Source of the DNA: Thermoanaerobaculia bacterium
GTDB lineage: Bacteria > Acidobacteriota > Thermoanaerobaculia > UBA5066
NCBI GenBank assembly: GCA_963719225.1
Contig: CAVRAY010000001.1
Span: 1,408,001-1,472,000, forward strand
DNA length: 64,000 bases
Direction: 5' to 3'
Positions within the stretch are counted from its first letter, which is position 1, and each line of letters starts with the position of its first letter. The translations under genes and the position numbers were made by a program. A model generated the notes under the pieces. The model saw nothing but the letters and a program-made list of their open reading frames with translations, was not told where the DNA came from and searched no databases. Positions 12,001 through 18,849 of the stretch are shown here, one piece after another.

Positions 12001-12336
12001 GAGAAGTACGCCTATCAGCTCGAGCAACGTCTCATGGCTGCGGAGAGTCCCTTCCGCATCACCCTGCAGCCAGCAGCGGACGCCGCCACCGGTGCGCGGG
12101 CTCTCGCGCGAACACGCGGCTCCTTTGTCGGGCGATGGGTGAGCGGCACGAAGCGGTTGGACTATGGCTTCTACGAGTCTGTGTCGGGAGGAGCGAACTC
12201 TTCGCGGATTCTTTCGGGTGGTGATTTCACTGTGTCCCCGGGTGGCGCTTTTGGGATCCCGGCTGAGTATTCACAGGCATTCCCGGGCTCGACGATCTTC
12301 GGCATTGACCCTCTAAATATCGTTAAGGGACCATGA
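1..12336 (+). CDS. rhs: Giant Rhs/YD-repeat polymorphic toxin, 5'-truncated (>4100 aa): Ig-like/beta-rich N-terminal region, DUF6531-like segment, YD repeats, Rhs core, C-terminal toxin
   Basis: Frame is open from base 1 (the track starts it at GTG 70). Contains many YD/YxYD..GR repeats, SVSLVSGE...RTYRS...GWNSS, the core motifs YHYSPYGE and MGYARNRWYD...QDP...NLYGFV...TDPMG, then a divergent C-terminal tip. Confidence 0.95.
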   Translation, partial: GPAGSGLSATFAAGALSSPVDLGVRLTALSGQGLPEPLPLGWTPLAAAELRLVPGGVGDDALPEGTGTPFTANAVHLTLTLPSGVPSNAELFAARYDVAAGAWLALPIPVRATGAGGADTVTVALAGPGPVAVIAPDVDPATRPPVMPTSLDAPLIGTDLPSVLPALAAAIGLDPPIVSPTGRATARVLARSADGTTPWPSGLAVQAYLDEKLILSGGGELYEAPFSSDLILYHPPLAPADVGATAPGAVGSLTFRISPSPRAAQVLLDTGYENVRLFPFTDQLERGQVLGPAGGSVSSPDGVELFVPESALAQKAVVRARLLSSSELAALPVPAGYSLVAAVRVDLSGFPLARGATLKLNAPAGLPADAVDDPRLVLASFVDQPDDGRGAFARVVARVALLPAAGSVPAKLVGAPEVSGSTLPLSGITGEGVFLFLHANAPIGFVTGRVTAPNGAGYAGSRVTTPGLGTADLSQPGGLYALSAPAGSPTLNALHPTLGVSGTATVPSLPKGQIAQIDIILAPTPPRIVSLQPPAGATNQPVGTTVAILFSAPLDPASVTQTVLTVELANTDGTGTGLLFGGNVALSSDRTTVAFSSARPLPPGRTILASLKGGIRSFDGTPYAGTLPVTWTFTTSTAFLPGGNIHPEKIRLLLPVNGTAQIVGADSALPLVLGGTTPWSVWADVDGALACPSITTYPANTNGGFTATVGCPPTANVTLSSRVFIHVLDPTGTQAATWRLGPFVTPDGTGFVAPPGEETVFTTIDGIQVTSPAAAFDVPTLVKVTKKPVDSLGVAVNPGLEMAAVLDVDFEGTAHETLRLRIPVVTASPVGGVVFAGKPIDLPWGRKLQILDLGRLVDDGKGGKLISTLEADQPEDSAPDASTPASSAMAGSGHQALGGRRAQALPKKLLQSIALEFTARATAGFIMGATLELSAITGHVEPAIVGATFFVLYNALADAMVFQAVAKNWNGRFVLPSTGSAFTIVKRDLATGWILSEKSYSAIAPSPGRFVNLGDLEPAATDPPRLIDASPVAVIRFKAPTVLAGKEENLRLRLDVEAHSTDQDTTSLRAVPGEVLPDLSTVELYNLSQTSRAKAVVQAGDFNVGPLGAKSGEDLLAAVSPSDVDADDLSELSFSFSRPLASVADPATLVTLTDCGELNRSAPGPPACPSPLPVPLNVTQEANRTRLRAGLFGPLARGHLYRVELKSLTSDSTPSLAYPPTDPTVFSFATRSGQSGPIGSTVGSGVLALGDTNSARDLLKFGNLLLVGSASGKLLAMDASDPVKPVLFARLAPEAGDQLRAFASDGHNRLFYNTRLGASWAVKAVRVEDVWQALPSTCPQGLPSEPAWLTALPCFAAVPGGVKSAFALGSTTGLTPSEFLTLTGSLPTGTPSDLQILVDDDTVGPYPLEEFFDKVPGSGTPPSGPPSSPDQFYSISLTINTAGHVFDRGAGICGEPGFDKKQRVTIDDLTTGQSWSVDVPNPSTSGMSLAVAIRARKRDQIQVRYNKTAIGYLAIVGSGVSAFDLNRFYDTLTPATGGTQGNKSECGRRLGTFEGAGISFPTCGRVTPDSLAFTPALAVATGKGFIDVFSVLTHFGAGNLVAASGGPGSLQAIEMKCLVDTLPASTPTTPAPSPSYRAVTLALNTMWIDRHISPGPSPGSFVGPQTPVPPSGVRGDLAFYSLGPAGIDVYDVTGRGSMALIGRFWAKDHTVYRLASDAAGRRLFAGGQDKNGNPIIDVWDISQANGGPSKDGVFPDPAGSADTRLLFTLKAPWDTNHIGLEESTGFLYTWGVNGPGVEGGFVVPTRDPGFIFSGLYRPENESRAAGATPLPSVQVDTQDLVPLGVQTQVSTADEADPEKSKADERTATAAFKVRISLPGTLGEKLVAKVQTLRSLPDARFLSKDDVGPLVAAPGGGGWPERDVFVTLRRLVPVAGTSSDRLQQPFNLYESDEVVLLLADPRAKLAYWKSKQGLKSPAQVADEKTQCRRCGRPSYLPNDTGNTEIPVKELLAAGPWVRAYLAEPPGGDAPTAAALDFFRQQGDNFPAPSGAVQVSGHADEVPSPIQISLAEPALNPAVWSAEAGTSVSLVSGEAILAATDHAVEGRGVGFVFDRTYRSGVLGYGPLGAAGWNSSLFAHLRMLPHTGEMEFHDGGGRVWKFSPPALGGCVDVDHYESDGAFCIPKGLYVKVEVVGNGAAFRLVGRNHDTMLFDSNGRLLELSDRHRRGASDPSSQGNTLSLFYDGAGYLVRAEDELGRSYKFTYDQKPLFSGGAENPQYGLLTRIEDFATPPRVVGFIYDDLRRLLQVQLPDVTSSIAGSSYTQPTVLYHYDFTKALQDTAPLHGPDFPKFKLTGFRLPDAGADRVTLDYVPETGRVTSLAVPPSPPNSGTVAWQFQNPDPSSDAGPLNGISLVAPWQLRADYTFTSGRINTVSETVETLRGTDPSPPAGSDPPAVALTTTYVYLDDGRIDHITWPDGHVTRQDYQGTDRLEKANVSHVMAEAGGAPTGTAQHGTPTSEIRSYVDNIPETTADPEGRAVTSAVSVPSGSASPGYDAAPGQTAVSGNSKYDPFGRMKEFTGAGSNGTHVTMGFGKDAKGRPDRGFASEIARGAVKESLKYDEDGMGPRGNVTTRETSFQTSSKYEYDEWDRPVKETLGLSASGDFDAVPDAIVTRAFDPIGHLKVERRRQMDLDNGEVETVYEYNDREQLVSVTVNNLAQAAPGQTSGLATGKTRYSYNRSGQLSDVTSPHGVTTHYEYDAAGRVKSEQVSSSGIRKRAYDEMGRTVWMTDGDIGVWRGRFDAWGRMYQEDLPTGASIEREYDAAGGIKRETTFSGDPKSASSNKLAETLAHVTSFGAVNEVQEMLTASPASYRVTLKQYDGSGRLAGVTSGPTDAIQRTDLTVQYDDAGRPVVQTDGGNNETHHDYGGTAPWPVRTFVLEAVPGSPSRPKTVESEFRRDAFGRVVKETRSSGGTLVSIVQTGYDQVGNVKSVESGIGSRSEYLYDGAGRLIKETRPTGGSTKYGYDLDGRVKARVTAQGGASVSETDYGYDGAGRLASILRPDGTTESFTYNGDDTVDMWTNRSGIVVTHRYDAANRLIGRFPGSRPAGSKVVVDGGDTYDYDEASRLRAADRIDTPTGAPGVFAANAAARAAFTGYDAAGRPAEERIGARDALKRFYDTWSREVAVGVPAGVGRHGVGSFSGYTRDFDSLDRLVLMTANAGGPKLGARWDWGGTARLYGITTDNALKTAHRMSYLGSGLGAQPGGTVATPWQLGTISVASADPKQPVTDEPTTLWGQFGFGYRTGDGVKRGREVMDRQTGKPSLFSNQGWSFTPDNGLRLQTAEAGRGTRDGSSAPSIFEKFDVTYGLGDEVNLLSREGGANSSTLLATGAEGRIAKRNGIGFEHDLEGRRQKDDRFSYVWSWRGELLSVTVNDCWPAEQGSQPTSGCPANQYGSPYAKHQIRYEYDALGSLLAREHLGAQATPGDDTTRSFIERREYLWDGSHLMAEVGKAQDGTLRWRKSYVPGASGLDDAVQERIEIYSLSGVDVVSDTLYTFLRDEQNSVVALVEEKVGADPASPPTPVRYHYSPYGEAHAETGSELLLTRFDSSLHGVTKPDGTTVSQTTAADAVDGGIRLTLTLPPDPSTLAAALLVEKRNTDGTWGALNAADLALGQRAGAPEELELLPLTGFTKGATYRVGFQSLKDTLGRTATLPNFALDIPTDGTPVLLDRTYPLVYDSYFASGTTASGAFPGGQNLLFQGLWTDPVTGMGYARNRWYDARNAVWLSQDPLEDKDSPNLYGFVGARPHELTDPMGTCAELDDIPCGEYLKEFGDQFLFQNLWETTRRSGRFLLGEGKGAVKAVPNLAKGVAHVAMHPVKTIQALGTAAGEAIADPTGTAKRLGNAVMNADPDKAAEFTGGALALAGLGAAAKTTEGLAALGRLGRAGEVVEAVDAGSSLAKYGDLGYVEGLAARASRFALRRAQAGGATGRVAGRRAEEIFEKYAYQLEQRLMAAESPFRITLQPAADAATGARALARTRGSFVGRWVSGTKRLDYGFYESVSGGANSSRILSGGDFTVSPGGAFGIPAEYSQAFPGSTIFGIDPLNIVKGP
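10873..11350 (+). repeat. 478-bp rhs core segment, direct repeat of 26113-26590
   Basis: Identical by eye from gcagctgacgccgtcgac to aacgccgtct; offset 15240. Confidence 0.95.
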
Positions 12337-12806
12337 TCGAGATAGCTCCAGCGCAGATTCCCGACATTCGAGCTCGTTTGAAGAGTGCGTCAGCTGAACT
12401 AGGGGACGCATGGGCTCAGATGGAGTCGATCGAAGTACAGCCTCGTCGGCAGCAGGCTCCCTTCGTCCAGCTCGCGCACGACGAACTGCCTGGAGAGGAA
12501 ATTGACGCGATCCTCGCGTATGAGGGTATTCCACAATTCAACGGTGCCATCGGAATCCCTTTTCCGTCTCGGCCTGTCCAACTCGGTAAGAAGGAACTAC
12601 TCGTTTTTCCGATTGACGGGCTAAGAGAGCACCTGAGCTTGCACGAACCCGATCTTGTGGCGCGACTCCAGAAGAGTGGGGGCATGTCCGGCTACATCGC
12701 AGCCCAGCAGGGTGAAATCTCAGCCAGGGAGTATCTAATCGGTGGACTGCTGGAGTGCATCAATTACTGCGTCGAGAACCGCCAAGCGCTTGAAATCAAG
12801 TGGTGA
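12333..12806 (+). CDS. Putative immunity protein for the Rhs C-terminal toxin
   Basis: 157 aa, ATGA overlap with the rhs stop, lower GC, no recognised family. Confidence 0.75.
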   Translation: MIEIAPAQIPDIRARLKSASAELGDAWAQMESIEVQPRRQQAPFVQLAHDELPGEEIDAILAYEGIPQFNGAIGIPFPSRPVQLGKKELLVFPIDGLREHLSLHEPDLVARLQKSGGMSGYIAAQQGEISAREYLIGGLLECINYCVENRQALEIKW

Positions 12807-12813
12807 CGATTCC

Positions 12814-12890
12814 CGCGCGTCACGCTGCGTGCGTGAGCGGCCACGCGTGACGAGCGCGCCTGGTCGGGCACGCATCGCGCCGCGCTGAAG
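12814..12890 (+). repeat. ~75-bp imperfect direct repeat, copy 1 (copy 2 at 17526-17600)
   Basis: Shared cgctgcgtgcg...ggccacgcgtgacgagcgcgcctgg...gcacgcatcgcgccgcgctg. Confidence 0.85.
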
Positions 12891-12921
12891 ACGACCCGGA
12901 AGTCGCGGCGAGGGAGATCGT

Positions 12922-14361
12922 ATGAGTTGGTCCGAGGTGCAGCTCGCCTCACTGGCTGAGACCTACTTCCGGAGCGGCGGCGCGAGATGCCCGGGCGACA
13001 ACACGCCGCTGAAAGTGGAAAAGCTGCAATACGTCGGCAGGAAGACCGCGGATCTCTTCCTGCACTGTCGGCGCTGTGGCACGAGCGCGACTTGGGGAAA
13101 TCAGGAGCCCACGAGTGGAGCCGGTGTGTGGCCAGCGGCTGCCCGGAAACTGATTGTGGACAGCTACTGGGAGCACGGGTATGCGAACTGCCCAGTGGAC
13201 GGAGCGAATCTGACGGTCCACGAATCCCGGCAGCTGGGGAGCAAGGGTGGTGCGCACCTCCTCGTGCATTGCGTGCGCTGCGGGCGCCACTTTTCGGACG
13301 ACGGACAGGGCGAAGATCAGGAAGAAAAGGACCCTTTTCTCGCTAAGTACGAGGTCATCAGGTCACTCGGGAAAGGAGGGATGGCGACTGTCGACCTCGT
13401 GCGCGACAGGCGAACCGGTGACGAGCTCGCAGCAAAGACGATCGCGCCCGAGAGGGCACGTGAGGCTGGCTTCATCGAGCGTTTCCGTCGTGAGACGGGA
13501 ATCCTGCGAGGTCTCTCGCACCCGAACGTCGTGAAAATCATCGAGGAATTTACGCAGGGCGATCGTGCCACCTACGTCATGGAGTACCTGTCGGGCGGCG
13601 ACCTGGGGCAAGCCATCTCTGACCCGAATCGCGATGTGCACGCACTGGCGCAGCTCTTCGCGGACGCTGCGGAGGGCGTGACCCATCTTCACGGACGAGG
13701 TTTCATTCACCGCGACCTCAAGCCGAGCAACATCCTGATTGGGAATGAAGGGCGAGCGCGGGTCTCTGACTTCGGGCTGGCCATCCAGGCCGAAAGGAAT
13801 GAAGCGGTTACTCGCACGGGAGAATTTCTCGGCACGAAGATGTATGCCGCTCCCGAACAACTCCGCGGCGCGCGGGGCGTGAATGAGAAGGCGGACATCT
13901 ATTCCCTGGGCCTGATCGCCATTCAGGTCCTCAGCCGGAAGCTGAGTCAGCCAGAACTCCACCTCTGGACGGATGGAACTGATCCGGCGTCGCGTGCGCT
14001 CGCGAACGCCTTGAACCAGGATCCGGCGAAGCGCACTATCACCCCGAGGGAGCTCGCGTTGGCCGTGTGTGAACGGGTGCTGATGGAGATGGCCGTAACG
14101 GCGCAGCCGAGCCAGCAGCTCACAGCTGGCGAGAAGAACACGCTGCTGGAAATGATTCCGGACGACGACAAGGTGGACGAACACCTCGCGGCTCGCGGCC
14201 TCAGGCGCAAAGGGAAAGGACGTCCGCGTGCGGGGGAGCTTTACCTCGGCAGAGGCGGGCCGATGAGCGACGGCAGGGGCATCTATCGGCGCGAAGTCGA
14301 CAACACTCCGGGAAACGGATTCTCCGGCGCCGATCTCTTTGAGCTGCTGGAGCGGGGCTGA
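12922..14361 (+). CDS. Hanks-type Ser/Thr protein kinase with two N-terminal Zn-ribbon-like repeats
   Basis: LGKGGMATV, AAK, HRDLKPSN, DFG, APE and DIYSLG motifs; the N-terminus has CPxD-x~23-HCxxCG twice. Confidence 0.9.
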   Translation: MSWSEVQLASLAETYFRSGGARCPGDNTPLKVEKLQYVGRKTADLFLHCRRCGTSATWGNQEPTSGAGVWPAAARKLIVDSYWEHGYANCPVDGANLTVHESRQLGSKGGAHLLVHCVRCGRHFSDDGQGEDQEEKDPFLAKYEVIRSLGKGGMATVDLVRDRRTGDELAAKTIAPERAREAGFIERFRRETGILRGLSHPNVVKIIEEFTQGDRATYVMEYLSGGDLGQAISDPNRDVHALAQLFADAAEGVTHLHGRGFIHRDLKPSNILIGNEGRARVSDFGLAIQAERNEAVTRTGEFLGTKMYAAPEQLRGARGVNEKADIYSLGLIAIQVLSRKLSQPELHLWTDGTDPASRALANALNQDPAKRTITPRELALAVCERVLMEMAVTAQPSQQLTAGEKNTLLEMIPDDDKVDEHLAARGLRRKGKGRPRAGELYLGRGGPMSDGRGIYRREVDNTPGNGFSGADLFELLERG

Positions 14362-14448
14362 TCGGCTAAAGCAAGCGGCGCCGACGGTACGTCCGGGGCT
14401 CCGGCGTGCGAGGCGGACGAACTAAGCTCAAGGGATCTGTGACGGAGG

Positions 14449-14868
14449 TCAGCGGCTGGCACGTCTGCGGATGGAGAGGAGCACCTTCTCTATCTTCGCG
14501 GGCGTCCGTGTTTCGCACTCCCAGATCACGCGAACGGACCAGCCAGCGCGCCGGAGAGCAGCCGTCTTTCGGCGATCACGTGCGGCGTTTTCGGACCGCT
14601 TCTTCAGCCAGAAATCCGGATTTGTAGCAGGCACGACCTGCCCGTAGCGGCAGGCGTGCAGGTGCCAGAAACACCCGTGGACGAAGATGGCGGTGCCGAA
14701 CTTCGGGAAGACGAGATCAGGGCGGCCCGGGAGACCGGCACGATGAAGGCGGAAACGCATGCCCAGCCTGTGCGCGATGCGGCGGACGACGAGCTCGGGC
14801 GTCGTGTCGCGGCCGCGCACGGCCTGCATGTTTCGTCGGCGCTGCTCTGCAGTAAGGACGTCCGTCAC
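14449..14868 (-). CDS. vsr: Very-short-patch repair endonuclease
   Basis: MTDVLTAEQRRRNMQAVRGRDTTPE, LPGRPDLVF, FVHGCFWH and VIWECE motifs. Confidence 0.95.
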   Translation of the reverse strand: MTDVLTAEQRRRNMQAVRGRDTTPELVVRRIAHRLGMRFRLHRAGLPGRPDLVFPKFGTAIFVHGCFWHLHACRYGQVVPATNPDFWLKKRSENAARDRRKTAALRRAGWSVRVIWECETRTPAKIEKVLLSIRRRASR

Positions 14869-16030
14869 GAGCAGAGCGGACGGATCTTCTCGATGAAGCC
14901 CTCGACGGTCAGCAGATGTCGCCGGGTTTCGACGGGAAATTTCACGTGCAGAGGCTCGGGCACGACGAGCTGGACCTTCGCGTCACGCATCTCCTCGAGC
15001 TGTGCAGACGAGATGCCCTGCTGAATGGTGAGGATGTGCTTCAACGGGATACGGCGGGCCTCACGAACGACCTGTCGCCACCGGTCCTTGCACGTCGTCT
15101 TGACGCCGACGACGACGAGGCGATCATCGGGAAAGCTCTGCTGTCGGTACTGCTCTTCTCCAGGAATGATGATGTCGGGCCGGCCGTCCACGCCCCGTGG
15201 GCGCATCGTGTGTGGGATCCGCGCCTCGGAAAGGAGATAGTCCACGTGATTTTCGAGAGAGCGGCCGGCGCGCGACTTTCGACGATTCATGATGCGGCCG
15301 GCGGTGTCGAGAAAGTCGTCGACGTCGCGAAACGTCCGCGTGACCTCCGTCTGGCAGAGCTGGCGCTCCACGAGCCGAAAGAGCTTGTACTCAGCCTCGA
15401 CGAAATCGACGAGGCGCCGGTCAGGGCCAAGTGTGCGAATCGTTTCGATGCACTCGAGGAGCGCCTTGCGCGCCGCATCCGAGAATGCTCCACCCGTAGG
15501 GAAATTCGCGAGACCCGCAGCGAACGTCGGAAGTGTCGCTCGACACATGCGTCGGGCGACTCTACCTGCGGGACACCGCCACGGAAGACGGCCCACGTGT
15601 CGAGGATTGCGACGCCCAGGGCGCTCTGGACCTCGTCGATGTCGTCGTCGTGCTCGAGAACGAAGGCGCTGAATTCATGGAGCGATTTCGGGACGATGAC
15701 GAGCAGGTCTCCGACACATTCTTCGGCCATGAACGGAAAGCCCTTGCCGAACCGGGTGAGCCGATATTCGTTCTTCGCCTTTCCGTACCACTTAACGCGC
15801 GATTCGGTCGTGACGAGCCCGCCCTGCCACGTGACGCGCACCGTGCTCTCGTCGTTACGTCCCTTTTCGGGTCCGAAGGGGGCGAACAGCTCCCATGCCG
15901 ATATGGGCAGGTAATAGCCGTACTGATGGCCGCCTGTCAGGCCGACGTCATTAGGGGAAATGAACTTGAGGACCGCGTTTCCGTGCTCGAGCGCTTCTGC
16001 GATCGCTTCCTCGCAGGCGGGCGAGGGCAT
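14865..16030 (-). CDS. EcoRII-like type II restriction endonuclease (N-terminal effector domain plus catalytic domain), one frameshift near 15540
   Basis: N part has LKFISPNDVGLTGGHQYGYY and NEYRLTRFG; C part has NRRKSRAGRSLENH, RPDIIIPG and KTTCKDRWRQV. Confidence 0.88.
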
Positions 16031-16034
16031 TGCG

Positions 16035-17162
16035 TCAGGCTCTCTTACGCCCGTACTGGGCGAGGGGTGACTTCAGGAGGCAGCCCTTCTTTTCCAACTG
16101 CCAGCCGAGCGTCCGAAGGACTTCCCGGCCGACGGCCTCGACGACAGGAGGCACGACGGCGTTTCCGAACTGCCGATAGGCCTGCGTGTCCGAGACGACG
16201 ATCGGATACTCGTCGGAAAGCCCATGAGTCGCGCGCACTCGCGCGGCGTCAGGCGGCGTGGCGGCTTGCGCTTCCCCTGCGAGATGAGAATTTCGGAGCC
16301 GTCCTTGTAGTAGCGCGCGCTCAGCGTACGCGTGACGCCTCCGGGATCCGCGATTCCGAAGCCGAAACCGTTTCCCTTTTCCTTGTGGCGTCGCGCGTAT
16401 TCCTGGAGGTATGTCCAGAGGTGCTCGCTCAGCGTGTACTTATCCGGAGGATCTTTTTCCAGGATGTCCTGCAGCTTCGGGCGTGGGGCCTGTGGAGCTG
16501 CAGGGAACTCGAAGGGGGGAGCATCGCCGAAGACCCGGCGATCGAAGCAGACGATGAAGATGCGCTCCCTGTGCTGCGAGATCCAGGAAGCCGCATCGAT
16601 CACGGTGGCGTGGACCACGTAATCCAGATCCTGGAGCGTCTCGCGGATCACATTCCAGGTGCGGCCCGAATCGTGAGAGAGAGGATTTTTGACGTTTTCG
16701 AGGAGGGCGATCGGGGGCCGCTTCGCCTCGATCAGTGTGGCGAGCGTGAAGAAGAGATTCCCCGGTCGGCACACTTGAATCCGTGTGCGCGGCCGAGGCT
16801 CTTCTTCTTCGAGACGCCTGCGATCGAGAACGGCTGACATGGGAAGCCAGCAGCCATGATGTCGTGGTCAGGGATGTCTGGGAATTTCGGATGTCGCGGC
16901 GGCTCTTCTCGAACATGGTGACGTCTTCCGAGTACGGTCCACTCCGAGGAAAACACGCATGTGCCCGAGCCGCCGAGCGCGGTCTGAACCTCGATCCGGC
17001 GAAGAGATCGACGAACTTGAAGGGGAGAGCGCCGCACGGATTTCTCAACGACGGCGCCGGGCCGGAGAAGAGCGTCATCTGACCGCCGTCTGGGCCTTGC
17101 GCAGGACGACACGACGAACTCGCGTTTGGAGACGCCGTCACGGCAGATTCTCGCTGATCCAC
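16035..17162 (-). CDS. dcm: DNA cytosine-5 methyltransferase (Dcm/M.EcoRII-like), split over several frames by indels
   Basis: FVDLFAG, AGFPCQPFSIAGVSKKKSLG, LLENVKN, QHRERIFIV, TLSARYYKDGSEILI, PRRLTPRECARLMGF and SDTQAYRQFGNAV are spread over four track ORFs. Start codon uncertain. Confidence 0.88.
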
Positions 17163-17286
17163 GTGTCAACTCCGGGGTACGCCGGACAGCATGTCCGGCT
17201 ATGGCTGCCTCTGGGAAAGGACGATATCAGGAGATATCATGAATTCCCAGCGCCTCCTTCGAGAGGCTCGGAAAGGAGGAAATGAG

Positions 17287-17454
17287 ATGGCCAAGAACTC
17301 TCCCGTCGGTAGCGGCCGCCGTGTGGCGCGGTAAGGATCGATCGCAGGTGAAGAACCGATCAACGATCGCTGGACAAACGCGACGCGGAGAGCGGGCGCT
17401 TCATCGACAGAAAGCGGACGACAAGCCTTCAAGGGTGTCCGCCGCGAGAAGTGA
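17287..17454 (+). CDS. Small basic hypothetical protein (~57 aa), broken by several single-base deletions
   Basis: Strong RBS (aaggagg). Reconstructs to MAKNSPVGSGRR.GAVKDRSQVKNPINDRWTKRDAESGRFIDQKADDKPFKGVRREK if about five single bases are restored. Confidence 0.55.
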
Positions 17455-17525
17455 CCTGCCTGCGGCCGCAGAGCTGACAGTGGTCCGAACCATGGCCAGC
17501 TCTTCGTGAATCGCTCGGCGATGCT

Positions 17526-17600
17526 CGCGCGTACGCTGCGTGCGACACGGCCACGCGTGACGAGCGCGCCTGGCCGCGCACGCATCGCGCCGCGCTGGAG
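17526..17600 (+). repeat. ~75-bp imperfect direct repeat, copy 2
   Basis: Matches 12814-12890 with a few mismatches and indels. Confidence 0.85.
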
Positions 17601-17763
17601 CTTCTTCTTTAGCCGCTTCTCCGCGGCTCACCACACGCCCGAAGAGGACCGCAATCGCGCCCGCCGGCGCTCCGGCCCGCGGGGTGGAGGCGCCGGCCGC
17701 GGGGCAGCGCGCGTGCCCGCGGGTCCCTCCCGGCCTCCCATCGGGCACGCGCCTGCGAGAACC

Positions 17764-17799
17764 CGCTCGCCGATAAACGCGTTTATCGGCCCCGGCACT
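17764..17799. repeat. 36-bp inverted repeat, left arm, containing the perfect palindrome GCCGATAAACGCGTTTATCGGC
   Basis: Reverse complement matches 18536-18571 with one mismatch. Confidence 0.9.
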
Positions 17800-17878
17800 T
17801 TCATGTCCCGCTGCGCTTCGCTCCGCGGGGCCACCCCGCGGGCCTCCGGGTCGCGGCTCGCTTCGCTGCGCCGCGACC

Positions 17879-17907
17879 TTTAACAGAACGTGGAGGTCGC
17901 TGTTAAA
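17879..17907. other. Degenerate Xer-like inverted site TTTAACAG-N13-CTGTTAAA
   Basis: 8-bp AT-rich inverted arms resembling the XerD arm TTATGTTAAAT. Confidence 0.4.
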
Positions 17908-18449
17908 CGCGCGGGGCGTGCGGTGCGCGCCCGGCGGGCGCGAGCGGTGAAGGGCCTTGCGCGGCGCGCGCCTGAAGGGCGCGAGCACCTGCGCGCGCAA
18001 GCGTGCTCGGTCACGCGCCACGTCTCGCGCGCCGCGCAAGGCCTCGTGGCTGGCGGTGCTCGCTTCGCTCGGGTGGTAAAGCGCTGGCAGTGCACGTGCG
18101 CCTCTTCCGCTTCGGTCGGCTGTGCCTGGCGTGTGCTCGGCCACCTTCGCGGGCACGCTCCCGCCAGCGCCGGGCACGAGAGGATCGCGCGGGACCGCCG
18201 CGCTGCGCGCGGCCGCGCCGAAGGCGCGGCTAAGGAAGAAAGCTCTCGGGCGTGGCGCGAGCGTGCCCGTGCGAGCGGATCGAGGACACGCAGGAACGAG
18301 GCCCGCAGATGCGCGAACACGGAAGGGGAGCACGCGCAGTGCCACGCCTTTAGGCGCTCGCGCGAAGCGCGCACGGAAGATCGAGGTGTGAACCGTGAGC
18401 GAAGCCGAGGCGCGCGGGCGCGCGGTGACGACGAGCCCCGGCCTGGGCG

Positions 18450-18478
18450 GGTTTACATAGCCTTGGGTTATGTGAAAG
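18450..18478. other. dif/xrs-like site GGTTTACATAG-CCTTGGG-TTATGTGAAAG
   Basis: Right arm matches the E. coli dif XerD arm at 9/11; the left arm is an imperfect inverted copy; 7-bp spacer. Confidence 0.5.
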
Positions 18479-18535
18479 GCGAAGCCCGGAGGCGCGCGGG
18501 TGGGCTGCGTGCGCGAAGCGCACGCGCACAGGAGC

Positions 18536-18571
18536 AGTGCCGGGGCCGATAAACGCGTTTATCGGCCAGCG
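18536..18571. repeat. 36-bp inverted repeat, right arm, containing the 24-bp palindrome GGCCGATAAACGCGTTTATCGGCC
   Basis: Partner of 17764-17799. Confidence 0.9.
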
Positions 18572-18849
18572 AAAGGATGCAGCGCGCGTGACGGGAAGGG
18601 GAAATTGGGGCCACGCCTGGAACGCGCGCTGCGGAGCGCCCGGCACGAACGCCCCGCGCGCCGGAGCCCGCCGGGGCCGGGGGCGTAACGGGCCGTGCTC
18701 TTCGGAGGATGGGAGCGCGATCAGCTCACCTGTCGCGACGGCCGCTCCAGCGCGGTCACGGCGCTTGCGCGGGAGCGCGACGACGGAGCACGAGTCGCGC
18801 GGACGTGGTCGCGCGAGAGCCATTGCAAGCGTCCGTGACGCGCGGGAAG

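Noticed and set aside
17500-18830. CRISPR array or tRNA/ncRNA gene in the palindromic region
   Set aside because: No regularly spaced repeat-spacer units, no cas genes and no cloverleaf.
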